A stretch of DNA of 37,372 nucleotides from Chitinophagaceae bacterium (GTDB lineage: Bacteria; Bacteroidota; Bacteroidia; Chitinophagales; Chitinophagaceae). Location: positions 1-37,372 of the forward strand of contig JAEUVL010000010.1 in assembly GCA_016786965.1 (NCBI GenBank). The letters are read 5' to 3'. The position numbers and the translations under genes are program-made. Positions 27,162 through 36,835 of the stretch are shown here, one piece after another; the first letter of the stretch is position 1; the number at the start of each line of letters is the position of its first letter. Under the pieces are notes generated by a model. It worked only from the letters and a program-made list of their open reading frames with translations. It was not told where the DNA came from and did not search any database.

Positions 27162-28388
27162 TTACCGCTTCAGCCATTTCCACCACCACAGTACAATAAA
27201 CGCATAACTAAAAACACCATACTGCACTTCCAGCCCTATATCGAATATAAAACTGAATGCGGCGGAGCCATGGAGCATACACCATAATAATTTATGCTGT
27301 ACCCCTATAAAAAAGGGAACCAGCATTACAAAACTGAATAATAAGAATCCCAGCCAGCCACAACCCGCCCCATACATCAGCCACTCGGAAGAGGGGTTGA
27401 TCTTATCGGTTTCAATCATCTGTGGATAAGTCGCCTGGTACCAAGCATTCGTTTCTCGCAGCACATCACCAAAGCCAACACCTGCAACAGGGTGCTGTGT
27501 GAGTAAACTCCATCCGGCCTTCAGGGAAATTACCCGCATCGCATCATTAGCACCGGGTAAGTAATTAGCTTCTTTAAAGTATACAAAATCATAGCGGATA
27601 TAACGTACCCTGTTTTGAAAAGTAGGCAGAGCAACCCAGGCCATTATTGGTAATGCGACCAGCAGGACCAGTAGGCTCAATCCATATTGCCATTTTAGTT
27701 TCATAACGATCAGCCATATTGCGAACATTAGCAACATAATATAAAAGGAAAACAGACCGGTTCTGGCTGCCAGTATATGTAAAAAAATTATCAGCCAGCC
27801 CGCAATCACTACCAGTATGATTGATACGGTCTTCTCTTGTTTCCTTTTATTCATAAACAACCAGACAGACAGCAGTACTGCCACACTAACGAGCCAACTA
27901 AACCGAACATGATCATTGCGAAGGGGTGTTATCATTGTCTTGGCCTGTAGGTAAGCAGCATGTACTACCGCCATACTGTTTATATATTGTAACATAGACC
28001 AGATAGAAGCTGCGAGTATGAGAGTAATAAAAATATAGGCCAGCCAATCCCACATTTTCAAAGACAGGTATACTGGTCCAGCAAAGGCTAATGGTAATAG
28101 TGCCAGTGGTAACTTTATCTGAACTATCTCCTGCCATTTATCTGCATCTTCACTCCACCAGCCAGATATCAGCGGCAACAGGAATAGTAAACTCATGCCC
28201 CACAACAAAGGCGAGGAAAAAAAGAAAGCCACTTGCTTCTTAATATTTGTATGCAAGAGGGAGACTGTCAGGAACAGGCCCATACTTACAGATAAGGCGG
28301 CTCTTGAAACGAACAGAGACAATAGCATAGCCACAAAAAGTATAAAAATGACAAGGGGCCGCCAGCTATTGTGTAACTTGTTAAGCAT
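27162..28388 (-). CDS. O-antigen ligase family membrane protein
   Basis: Many TM helices; HVRFS, ARTG, R......W, P..GVG.GD; start uncertain (28388, 28409 or 28418). Confidence 0.8.
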   Translation of the reverse strand: MLNKLHNSWRPLVIFILFVAMLLSLFVSRAALSVSMGLFLTVSLLHTNIKKQVAFFFSSPLLWGMSLLFLLPLISGWWSEDADKWQEIVQIKLPLALLPLAFAGPVYLSLKMWDWLAYIFITLILAASIWSMLQYINSMAVVHAAYLQAKTMITPLRNDHVRFSWLVSVAVLLSVWLFMNKRKQEKTVSIILVVIAGWLIIFLHILAARTGLFSFYIMLLMFAIWLIVMKLKWQYGLSLLVLLVALPIMAWVALPTFQNRVRYIRYDFVYFKEANYLPGANDAMRVISLKAGWSLLTQHPVAGVGFGDVLRETNAWYQATYPQMIETDKINPSSEWLMYGAGCGWLGFLLFSFVMLVPFFIGVQHKLLWCMLHGSAAFSFIFDIGLEVQYGVFSYAFIVLWWWKWLKR

Positions 28389-28421
28389 ACTTTTGTAAAC
28401 GTACAACATCCCATTCATTTC

Positions 28422-29321
28422 ATGTGGTCTGAACTACTAAATCAATTACTGCGGGGCGATATCAAAGCATTGGCCAGAAGTATTTCGCTGGTGGAAAATG
28501 AGCAGCCCGGATATGAAGATATGCTTAGATCATTACCGGTATCCGTTGCTAAGATTATCGGCATCACCGGGCCGCCCGGCGCTGGTAAGAGTACATTAGT
28601 GGATTCGTTAATTAGTTTATTGGTTAATTCGGGTAAGCGGGTTGCTGTACTATGCGTAGACCCATCATCACCCTTTAACCTTGGTGCCTTACTTGGTGAC
28701 CGTATCCGCATGAGCGACTGGTACACCCATCCCAATGTATTTATCCGCTCACTCGCCACCCGTGGCTCAATGGGGGGATTGCATCCTAAGATCATTGAGA
28801 TAACAGACCTGCTGAAAGCTTTTCAGTTCGACCATATCATTGTAGAAACCGTAGGTGTGGGGCAAAGTGAAATTGAAATTGCCGGATTAGCAGATGTAAC
28901 AGTAGTCGTGGTAGTGCCTGAAGCGGGGGATGAAGTACAAACTATGAAGGCTGGTCTGATGGAAATAGCCGACATCTTTGTAGTAAATAAAAGCGACCGA
29001 CCGGATGCCGATACTTTTGTAAGAAACTTACGGCTGATGCTGGCGCCATCCTTCGGCAAACACTATAACGAGGTACCGGTAGTAAAAACAGTGGCTTCGC
29101 AAAAAGAAGGAGTGGAGGAACTGCTTTCTATTATCCTGAATCAATTACAGAAATCTCATCTTACTGATAAAACATTCTGGCTGCTGGCGGAAAAGGCTTT
29201 TTACCTGATAGAACAGAAACGGATGGCCGACATTAGTAAAGTGGACCTTAAAAAAGAAATTGAAAGCGTTTATCAAAAAGGTAATTTCAACCTGTATAAA
29301 TTTATTGCTGATAAATACTAA
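28422..29321 (+). CDS. meaB: Methylmalonyl-CoA mutase-associated GTPase
   Basis: GITGPPGAGKST, VDPSSPF..GALLGDRIRM, ETVGVGQSE, NKSD. Confidence 0.95.
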   Translation: MWSELLNQLLRGDIKALARSISLVENEQPGYEDMLRSLPVSVAKIIGITGPPGAGKSTLVDSLISLLVNSGKRVAVLCVDPSSPFNLGALLGDRIRMSDWYTHPNVFIRSLATRGSMGGLHPKIIEITDLLKAFQFDHIIVETVGVGQSEIEIAGLADVTVVVVVPEAGDEVQTMKAGLMEIADIFVVNKSDRPDADTFVRNLRLMLAPSFGKHYNEVPVVKTVASQKEGVEELLSIILNQLQKSHLTDKTFWLLAEKAFYLIEQKRMADISKVDLKKEIESVYQKGNFNLYKFIADKY

Positions 29322-29323
29322 GT

Positions 29324-29590
29324 ATGGAACTGATACCGAATGAAGGGCTGCCACGGGTGGCCAAATGCGAACCGGCGGGCATTACGGTGGAACCGGATAA
29401 AGTATATTCCTGGTGTAGTTGCGGCCTTACACAGAAAGAACCATTCTGCGACAGTGCGCATAAAAATATAGAAGGCATGCCTTTCAGAAGCATTAAAGTG
29501 GTTTTTGATAAGGTGGAAGAGATATGGTTTTGCCAGTGCAAACAAACCAGGACGCCTCCGTTTTGTGATGGCAGTCATAAAAAAGTATAA
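29324..29590 (+). CDS. CDGSH iron-sulfur protein with two domains (MiNT/CISD3-like)
   Basis: WCSCG....PFCDSAH and FCQCK....PFCDGSH. Confidence 0.93.
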   Translation: MELIPNEGLPRVAKCEPAGITVEPDKVYSWCSCGLTQKEPFCDSAHKNIEGMPFRSIKVVFDKVEEIWFCQCKQTRTPPFCDGSHKKV

Positions 29591-29614
29591 GCTGTTCTCA
29601 ATAATTTCCCGCTG

Positions 29615-30484
29615 ATGAAAATCATCGATTGTTTTACTTTCTTCAATGAGCTGGACCTGCTTGAATTCAGGTTGAAACTGCTGGGCCCGCATGTCGATCA
29701 TTTTGTGATCGCAGAATCAAACCTTACTCATTCGGGTGCGGCGAAGCCGTATCTTTTCCAGGAAAATAAAAAGCGCTTTGAACCCTGGTTGGATAAGATC
29801 ACTTATATACCTCTGCAACAATCTGCGGAAGGATTATCGTTCAACCAGAATGAAGTAACATACAATCCTTCAAATGCCTCCTGGAAACTGGAAAATGAAC
29901 AACGTAATGCACTCTCTGCAGCGGCTGCACTGGCGGCTGATGATGACCTGGTGATGGTAAGCGACCTGGACGAGATACCTGACCCTACCATACTTAAGAA
30001 GTTGGCCGGGATAAAAGAACCGGTGGCGTTGTCCATGTTATTTCACTACTATTTTTTTAATTGTCAGAATATTGGTCATGAAAGATGGTGGAATGGTTCT
30101 GTTGTGGCTACGGGCAGGAAATTCAGACAACTAACGCCCCAGGAGCTCAGGGACAAGCGAAATGATCTTACAAGAATAAAAAAAGGGGGGTGGCATTTTT
30201 CTTACCTCGGCGGTATTGAAAAGATCAAACAGAAAATCCGGTCTTTTGCACATACCGAATTCAATAAAGAGGAATACCTTCAGGATGATTATTTGCTGAA
30301 AGCCATCACCAAAGGTGAAGATATCTTTAAACGGGAAGGTGTATCATTCAAATTCGTTTCGCCCTATTACTATCCTGACTGGTTGCGTAAGGAAATGATG
30401 GCCTACCCTGCTTTCCTGTATATTACCACTAAGGACAATGTCTTTACCAGACTGGCCCATTCTTTCCGGAAGGCTTTTGCTTAA
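29615..30484 (+). CDS. Glycosyltransferase family 17-like (beta-1,4-GlcNAc transferase)
   Basis: DCFTFFNELDLLE.RL, VI.ES..THSG..K, E..QR, SDLDEIP, GGWHFSY, SF.H.E. Confidence 0.88.
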   Translation: MKIIDCFTFFNELDLLEFRLKLLGPHVDHFVIAESNLTHSGAAKPYLFQENKKRFEPWLDKITYIPLQQSAEGLSFNQNEVTYNPSNASWKLENEQRNALSAAAALAADDDLVMVSDLDEIPDPTILKKLAGIKEPVALSMLFHYYFFNCQNIGHERWWNGSVVATGRKFRQLTPQELRDKRNDLTRIKKGGWHFSYLGGIEKIKQKIRSFAHTEFNKEEYLQDDYLLKAITKGEDIFKREGVSFKFVSPYYYPDWLRKEMMAYPAFLYITTKDNVFTRLAHSFRKAFA

Positions 30485-30496
30485 TGTTTCTTTATA

Positions 30497-31435
30497 ATGT
30501 ATACGCCCAACCATATACCTGACCAGCCGCTTGTGTCGATTGCTATGTGCACATACAATGGGGCTACCAGTATCAATGCTCAAATGGACAGTATCATACA
30601 ACAAACCTACCGGCATCTTGAAATAGTGATTGTGGATGACTGCTCTGCTGATAATACACCAGAGCTTATACAGGCATACCAGGAGCGAGACGACCGTATC
30701 CGTTTTTACCGGAATGACAAAAACCTCGGATATAATAAGAACTTTGAAAAGGCCTGTCTCTTAACGACGGGCAATTATATTGCCATTTCCGACCAGGACG
30801 ATATTTGGGATCTCAATAAAATAGAGGTCATGATGGCTAAATGGGATAAGGAAAGTGTTTTTGTGTATTCTATTTCAAAAGATTTTTTTGGCGATGCGCC
30901 ATTGGAAGGAGATGGGACCAAACCAATCCGTTATTATGAAGGAAGCATGCCGGAAAAGCTGGCTTTTGATTCACCTATACACGGCCATGCCTGTATGTTT
31001 CAACGTTCGTTATTAAAGGCTGCGTTACCTTTTCCTGATACTACTTATTACGACTGGTGGTTGAGTATGATTGCTTCAGCTACAGACAAAGTGAGTTGTA
31101 TAAAAGAAACATTGACGCATCACCGCATACGGGCTGGCAATAGTTCGCGGACCCTGCTAGATATAAAGGAAAAGGATGAGCGTATTGAAAAAGTGAGACG
31201 ACAATGCATCACCCACATGGAGGCATTCTTAAGTCAGCCAGCAGGTAGCATTGCAACCCGCACAATACTGGCGAAGTACATATTACTGCTGCGCCGGAAA
31301 AAAAGTAATGGTTTTTCCTGGCCTTTATTTAGTTTCTTTTTTACTCACCGAAATATTGTTTTTCATTATAAACGCAGGCAAAATGTTTTTTCGTTGCTGA
31401 AAAATAGTTTTAAAAAGAGTTTTACAGGGCTGTAA
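30497..31435 (+). CDS. Glycosyltransferase family 2
   Basis: VSIAMCTYNG, DDCS.D.T, NLGYNKNFE, SDQDDIW, YDWW. Confidence 0.92.
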   Translation: MYTPNHIPDQPLVSIAMCTYNGATSINAQMDSIIQQTYRHLEIVIVDDCSADNTPELIQAYQERDDRIRFYRNDKNLGYNKNFEKACLLTTGNYIAISDQDDIWDLNKIEVMMAKWDKESVFVYSISKDFFGDAPLEGDGTKPIRYYEGSMPEKLAFDSPIHGHACMFQRSLLKAALPFPDTTYYDWWLSMIASATDKVSCIKETLTHHRIRAGNSSRTLLDIKEKDERIEKVRRQCITHMEAFLSQPAGSIATRTILAKYILLLRRKKSNGFSWPLFSFFFTHRNIVFHYKRRQNVFSLLKNSFKKSFTGL

Positions 31436-31809
31436 AGGCCAAGGAAAGAAGTTCTACCTCTCAAAGAAAGAAGTGATAATGCCAAAGGAGAAAGGAGCCT
31501 TTTTATATTCTCATCGAATGAGATGTGATTCTTTATCCATTTCCTATCAACTGCAAAAATTTAACCTATTAATGACTCATGAGAGTCAGTCAATAATCAA
31601 TTACACACTTATAACAAAGCTATTTTTAGTAATTTGGAATGAGTAAAACATGAGACAACCAACGAGCACTTGATACGTTCAACCTCCCACTTCCTGTTCA
31701 AGTACTGACACAAGCCAGAAAATTAAGCCGCTACCGGATAGCTACGTTCAATTTACTAGATGATGTGATGTAGTCCAAAGGGTTCAGGATTTTAAGGCGG
31801 CAAAGAGTG

Positions 31810-32022
31810 TTATGCAGCCCGGTCAAAATCCTTGGGTAGTCCAAGTTGATCAAAAATAATTGACACCTGCTTTACACTGTAAAAGCGTCCTTCTCTTTTT
31901 CCGATCTTTTCTAAATGTGGTTTAAGCCAGCGATTCATGGTTCGCACACTAACCTCATACAGAGCAGCCAGTTCGCCGATGCTGTATACTTTTATTTCTA
32001 CTGTTTTTCTTTCGGTACTCAT
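31810..32022 (-). CDS. Small MerR/excisionase-like HTH protein (DUF4248-like)
   Basis: YSIGELAALYEVSVRTMNRWL...R.YSVKQV..IF..LG.P; alternative start 32034. Confidence 0.75.
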   Translation of the reverse strand: MSTERKTVEIKVYSIGELAALYEVSVRTMNRWLKPHLEKIGKREGRFYSVKQVSIIFDQLGLPKDFDRAA

Positions 32023-32045
32023 GCTTATTATCATTTTTAATGCTT

Positions 32046-33095
32046 TTAAGTAGGTTGGTCTTCTCCATAGAGTTCTAGGTATTCACTCTCCTGCATTGAT
32101 AAAAGGGTTGCCATTCCTGTAATATGCAGGTTTAGTTTTTTACGGCAGTCAGCTATTAGCTTGGATACGAGGATTGGCTTTTCAACAGGGATATCCAGTT
32201 CGGCAGGCTCACGTCGGCGGATGCGCAACTGGTTAAATTGCTGAATGAGGTAGCGCTTTTGGCTCGGGCTTAAAAAGCCAAGATCATCGGCCCTGTACAA
32301 CAGGGAAATCATTGAAGCTTTCCATTTTCTTTTTAATTCACCAAGTAATGGCAGACTGACTCCTTTTTCAAAATCTTTCCTGATCTCATCTGCGGGCATT
32401 AAGAACTCCGCGGCAAATTCGTTAGCTTCATGTGCAACATTGCGGTTGTGAGGTACTACCGTGAAAGTATGCATGATAAGATGGCCTAATTCATATGCCA
32501 ATGAGAAACGTTGTCTGTCGCCCAGTAGAGAAGCATTCAGGAAGATAAGCGGGAAGCGAGATCCGGTTAATATACTTTTACTATCAACCCGCTCTGTACC
32601 AAAATCAAATAAATTGATAAGCAAGCCTTTTTCTTCCAGCAGTTGTATGAGGTTATCAATTACAGGAGTTTTAACATTCCACGCAGAGCGAGTCAAAGCT
32701 GCAATAGCAGCAGGATTTTTTTCTTCGGTTACTTGATGCACAGGAAGGGCAGGCAAAGGAATCTTTAAAATATCAAGTAGTATCTCTGCATGCATGCGCA
32801 TAATATTTACCTGGGCTTCTATGGGTGCTATGATCTTTGCGGGGACATGCTGCCGTTTTCTATAAGCGAGGTTCACAGGTACCACATCGCCTTTCTGAAA
32901 AAAGAAATGGGCAGGATAAGAAGTGGCTTCTGCCATTGACAGCAGCATATCACCGGACAGGCTAACTTCTCCATTTTCCATACGTGACAACTGCGCTTTA
33001 TTCGTATTGATCCTCTCCGCCAGCGATTGTTGAGTAAGTCCTCTGGACTCACGGGCCAACAGAATCATTTTTGGATTAATTACTTGATTTATCAT
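32046..33095 (-). CDS. XRE-family HTH fused to an ImmA/IrrE (peptidase M78)-like domain
   Basis: ARESRGLTQQSLA....KAQLSRMENG; DRQRFSLAYELGHLIMH; EANEFAAEFLMP; start placed at ATG 33095. Confidence 0.9.
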   Translation of the reverse strand: MINQVINPKMILLARESRGLTQQSLAERINTNKAQLSRMENGEVSLSGDMLLSMAEATSYPAHFFFQKGDVVPVNLAYRKRQHVPAKIIAPIEAQVNIMRMHAEILLDILKIPLPALPVHQVTEEKNPAAIAALTRSAWNVKTPVIDNLIQLLEEKGLLINLFDFGTERVDSKSILTGSRFPLIFLNASLLGDRQRFSLAYELGHLIMHTFTVVPHNRNVAHEANEFAAEFLMPADEIRKDFEKGVSLPLLGELKRKWKASMISLLYRADDLGFLSPSQKRYLIQQFNQLRIRRREPAELDIPVEKPILVSKLIADCRKKLNLHITGMATLLSMQESEYLELYGEDQPT

Positions 33096-33118
33096 TTCAG
33101 CGCTAAAGTATAAAACTG

Positions 33119-33148
33119 ATTTGAAAAATTGTATGAAATGTTTCAAAT
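33119..33148. promoter_or_regulatory. 12-6-12 imperfect palindrome, probable operator
   Basis: atttgaaaaatt-gtatga-aatgtttcaaat (11/12 symmetric), just upstream of a TACTTTAG -7-like box at 33110-33103. Confidence 0.55.
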
Positions 33149-33252
33149 AAATTTTTAATAACTTAATTAATTGAATATCAACATTTATGAATACTAATTT
33201 AATTAGTATTCATATTCAAAATATTAACTATATACAAATTTGGACAATCAAA

Positions 33253-34638
33253 TTATTGTTTTTCGAAGCAGCCAAGATCGGGAAGACCCACCGGGCGGGG
33301 TTTACTGTCAAGGTCAATTGTTACACCTGTATTTATCCCTTTGTTGATGGAAGGGGAAGAAGTTTTCAGGCGAAAATCATAATAATTATCAGCTGTGCTA
33401 ATACTGTCAAATTGAGGTGACTGATTATTAATAATCTGGTTGCTGATAATATTTGTGGGAGGAGTTTGAACTTTCCATAAGTTGTGATCAAAATTCACAT
33501 TGAAAGTATTAGTACCATTTTTTAATACAACTACTTCATCTGCTACCAATCCGTTTTCTCCCCAGAAGATGCAGTTACGGAAGGTGGCATTAAGTATTTC
33601 TGTACTGCCATTTGCAAAATTAGATAGTGTTAGGACAGGATCTTTATGATCAATAAAGCGATTAGCATAGGTCACCACTGTGCAATGTGTAAATTGATAG
33701 TCCCCACCTTTGACAAGCAACAAGTTTTTACCGCAGTTACTTATCAAACAGTTCCTGGCCCGTATGCTTGAGTTAAGTGAGACAATACCCGCATCATACG
33801 CATTGTCAATTACACATTCATTCAATATAAGTTTGGGATTAGGATTAGTGGAAGGATCCTGGATGCCGATGGCCTGATAAGCGTTTTTAATAACGGCATA
33901 GTTCAGTACATTATCTTTTGAAGTTGTTTGGAAAAAGATGCCAGGCCAGCTGGCAGGATAATCTTTGTACGGGTCATCCATCCGGTCACCGCGGAAATAC
34001 ACCCTGTCAATAGTGTCTTTTAATCCGTTTACCTGTAAGGTGCCATTCACCACTATTGGAGCATCTGCATGTACATAAATGCGGCACCCTTTATTAATAC
34101 TTAGTGTAATATTATTATTTATCTGCAACGAGCCGAGGATCACATATGGCAAGTCATTATTCCATGTTTCATTAACAGCAACCACTTTGTCCCGGAAGAA
34201 ATGGGCGTTTTGCCCCCAGGCTTCCAATTGCACCAATCTTGTTTTTCCATTATAACTGATTTCGATACTGTCTCGTAGTATAAAAGGTAAACTGGCAGTA
34301 CCTGGATTTACATTTACCTGTGCAAAAACATACAGGCTGTCGTTTGCTTCCAGTTCCAGGTTGGTGAATTGAGTGCCAGGAGTACCATCCACATTTATTT
34401 TATAAACAGAAGAAGCTCCACCCATCAATTTAATGGAGGAGAGCCGGAGTTTTTGATTGTTATCATTTATGATAGTAAACGAGCGGTAGGTGGAACCGGC
34501 AGTTACAAAAACAGTGTCATACTTCAAGGTGTCTGCAGAAATAGTTACTCTTGCATCACCCGAAGTAATAAACGAATCTTTTCTGCAGGAAAAGAGTACG
34601 AGTAGAAGGGATATAATAAGTATTCCGGGTAGCTTCAT
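33253..34638 (-). CDS. Lipoprotein with beta-helix repeats and choice-of-anchor-Q-like C-terminus
   Basis: Lipobox LFS-C; DTL.YDTVF, YKINVDG, WGQNAHF, NCIFWG, DFRL...SP.INKG, PDLGCFE. Confidence 0.8.
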   Translation of the reverse strand: MKLPGILIISLLLVLFSCRKDSFITSGDARVTISADTLKYDTVFVTAGSTYRSFTIINDNNQKLRLSSIKLMGGASSVYKINVDGTPGTQFTNLELEANDSLYVFAQVNVNPGTASLPFILRDSIEISYNGKTRLVQLEAWGQNAHFFRDKVVAVNETWNNDLPYVILGSLQINNNITLSINKGCRIYVHADAPIVVNGTLQVNGLKDTIDRVYFRGDRMDDPYKDYPASWPGIFFQTTSKDNVLNYAVIKNAYQAIGIQDPSTNPNPKLILNECVIDNAYDAGIVSLNSSIRARNCLISNCGKNLLLVKGGDYQFTHCTVVTYANRFIDHKDPVLTLSNFANGSTEILNATFRNCIFWGENGLVADEVVVLKNGTNTFNVNFDHNLWKVQTPPTNIISNQIINNQSPQFDSISTADNYYDFRLKTSSPSINKGINTGVTIDLDSKPRPVGLPDLGCFEKQ

Positions 34639-34701
34639 TTTGTCAAAAGTAAAGCTAAGAGTTGAAAGAGAAAAGTGTAAAGCTGGCTTTTAGGACCGCA
34701 T

Positions 34702-35400
34702 CTACCTCGAGGCAATACAAAGAGCTGCTATACTCAATTGCACATTTTCAGCCTGCAGCAAAGCATTCCCGCAGGCTTCCAGCGTAGCGCCGGTTGTTAC
34801 CACGTCATCTACCAGTAACAAATGTTTATTGTGAATGGCCTCCGGATTTTTGAGAATGAATTTTCCATCCATATTCTTCCATCGTTCTATTCGACCTTTT
34901 TTTGTCTGTGTTTCGGTATGTTGTGGCCGGGCGATGACTTTATCCAGCACAGGGATTTCCATTGCACCGGCCATTCCTTCGCATAAAATAGTAGCTTGGT
35001 TGTACCCTCTTTTTCTTTCTTTGACGGGAAATAACGGAAGCGGAACTAAGGCATCTGCTTTAAATCGTCCTGACCGCTTAAGTTGTTCTCCCATTATTCT
35101 TCCTAATTGAAGTCCGAGCTCTTTGTTGTTCTTGTATTTGAACTGGTGCATCAGGTGCTGCATCAATGATTCTTTTGTAAAATAGAATTGGGCAGTGGCA
35201 CCAAGTAGCGGCAAGCGACCCCAAAAGGTTTTCTCTACCGGGTTGCCGGGGTACATCTCAAAATTGGTTTCTGGCATTGCCTCTATGCAACGCATACAAA
35301 GAACAGTTTGTTCTGTAAGAATGTCATTACCACAGCCTGTACAAATATGAGGAAAGAAAAGGTGCAGTAACGAGTCTTTTATTTCTTTTAAAGAAATCAT
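34702..35400 (-). CDS. comF: ComF family phosphoribosyltransferase-like protein
   Basis: CTGC/CMRC zinc ribbon, KY, RGYNQA, LLVDDVVTTGATL; start placed at ATG 35400. Confidence 0.9.
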   Translation of the reverse strand: MISLKEIKDSLLHLFFPHICTGCGNDILTEQTVLCMRCIEAMPETNFEMYPGNPVEKTFWGRLPLLGATAQFYFTKESLMQHLMHQFKYKNNKELGLQLGRIMGEQLKRSGRFKADALVPLPLFPVKERKRGYNQATILCEGMAGAMEIPVLDKVIARPQHTETQTKKGRIERWKNMDGKFILKNPEAIHNKHLLLVDDVVTTGATLEACGNALLQAENVQLSIAALCIASR

Positions 35401-35461
35401 AGGGTTAAAATATATTGGGTCAATCAAAGCTTCCCCGGGTTTGAGAAGCTGTTATTTTAGT

Positions 35462-36835
35462 CTAAAACAGGTATTGGTAAACTTCCTCCACCCTTCCCAT
35501 CAGCACCACTTCAATATTGAACTTTTGTTTACTCAATCCTTTTTGACTGTATTTGGAAACAATGATCTTTTCAAAACCTAATTTCTCTGCTTCCGCTATA
35601 CGCTGGTCAATGCGGTTCACGGCCCTTATTTCACCGCTCAATCCTACTTCGCCGGCAAAACAAATATGCTGGGGCAGCGGCACATCCTCATAGGAAGAAA
35701 GTAAGGCGCACAGCACAGCCAGATCGATAGAAGGGTCTTCAACTTTAATACCTCCGGCAATGTTCAGAAAAACATCCTTCATTCCAAAATGAAACCCGCC
35801 TCTTTTCTCCAGCACTGCCAGTAGTAATTGCAGGCGACGGAGGTCAAATCCGCTAACGGTCCTTTGAGGCGTACCGTAAACTGATTGTGTTACCAGGGCT
35901 TGTACTTCTATCAGGAGGGGTCGCATGCCTTCTATAGTGGCTGCAATAGCAATACCACTTAGCTGATCTTCTTTTTGAGTAATCAATATTTCGCTTGGAT
36001 TAAGAACCCCTCGCATGCCACCATCCGTCATTTCATAAATGCCTAATTCAGCAGTACTGCCAAAACGATTTTTAAGGGTCCTTAAAATTCTATAAGCATA
36101 GTGCCGATCTCCCTCAAACTGCAGGACCGTATCAACCATATGTTCCAGAATCTTAGGACCGGCAATACTTCCGTCTTTGGTGATATGGCCAATGAGGAAA
36201 ACCGGTGTATTAGTTTCTTTGGCAAATCGTTGGAATTCGGCAGCACATTCTCTTATCTGCGACACACTGCCCGGAGAGGAATCGATAAAAGGAGTTTGTA
36301 ATGTTTGTATAGAATCTACAATTACCAATTGTGGCTTCAACTTTTTTATTTCCTGGAAAATAGTTTGGGTGGATGTTTCGGTAAGCAAGTAAAAGTTGTC
36401 GTTTTTTAATCCAAGCCTGTCAGCCCGCATTTTTATTTGTTGCTCACTTTCTTCCCCGCTTATGTATAATACGGAAACATCCTTAAGCCATAATCCATTT
36501 TGTAAAAACAAGGTTGACTTACCAATACCAGGTTCTCCGGCCACTAGTACTAAACTTCCCGGTACAATACCACCACCGAGTACACGGTTTAGTTCTGTAT
36601 CTGCAGTTGGCAGCCGTTTCTCTTCACTGCTTTTTACTTCAGTTAAAGAAATGGTTTTGCTTGTTCTTTTTTCTTCAGAATAATCTTTCCAGGAATTATT
36701 GGTTTTAGGATTATCTTTTTGTGTCAACTCTTCCACAAATGTATTCCACTGACTGCAGGATGGACATTGGCCAACCCATTTCACACTTTCTTGTCCACAA
36801 TTCTGACAAAAAAATGAAGTCTTGATCTTACTCAT
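35462..36835 (-). CDS. radA: DNA repair protein RadA/Sms
   Basis: CQNC..CPSC zinc finger, GEPGIGKST, VDSIQT, KNRFG, GEVGLSGEIR. Confidence 0.98.
   Translation of the reverse strand: MSKIKTSFFCQNCGQESVKWVGQCPSCSQWNTFVEELTQKDNPKTNNSWKDYSEEKRTSKTISLTEVKSSEEKRLPTADTELNRVLGGGIVPGSLVLVAGEPGIGKSTLFLQNGLWLKDVSVLYISGEESEQQIKMRADRLGLKNDNFYLLTETSTQTIFQEIKKLKPQLVIVDSIQTLQTPFIDSSPGSVSQIRECAAEFQRFAKETNTPVFLIGHITKDGSIAGPKILEHMVDTVLQFEGDRHYAYRILRTLKNRFGSTAELGIYEMTDGGMRGVLNPSEILITQKEDQLSGIAIAATIEGMRPLLIEVQALVTQSVYGTPQRTVSGFDLRRLQLLLAVLEKRGGFHFGMKDVFLNIAGGIKVEDPSIDLAVLCALLSSYEDVPLPQHICFAGEVGLSGEIRAVNRIDQRIAEAEKLGFEKIIVSKYSQKGLSKQKFNIEVVLMGRVEEVYQYLF

Noticed and set aside
29318-29701. 127-aa minus-strand ORF
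   Set aside because: Antisense shadow of the CDGSH and GT17-like genes
31660-31800. tRNA remnant or CRISPR mini-array suggested by GTTCAA repeats
   Set aside because: No cloverleaf or CCA; repeats are only 5-9 nt with irregular spacing; no cas genes
31810-33146. Prophage or ICE call for the XRE-ImmA region
   Set aside because: No integrase, structural or conjugation genes, and no flanking direct repeats found
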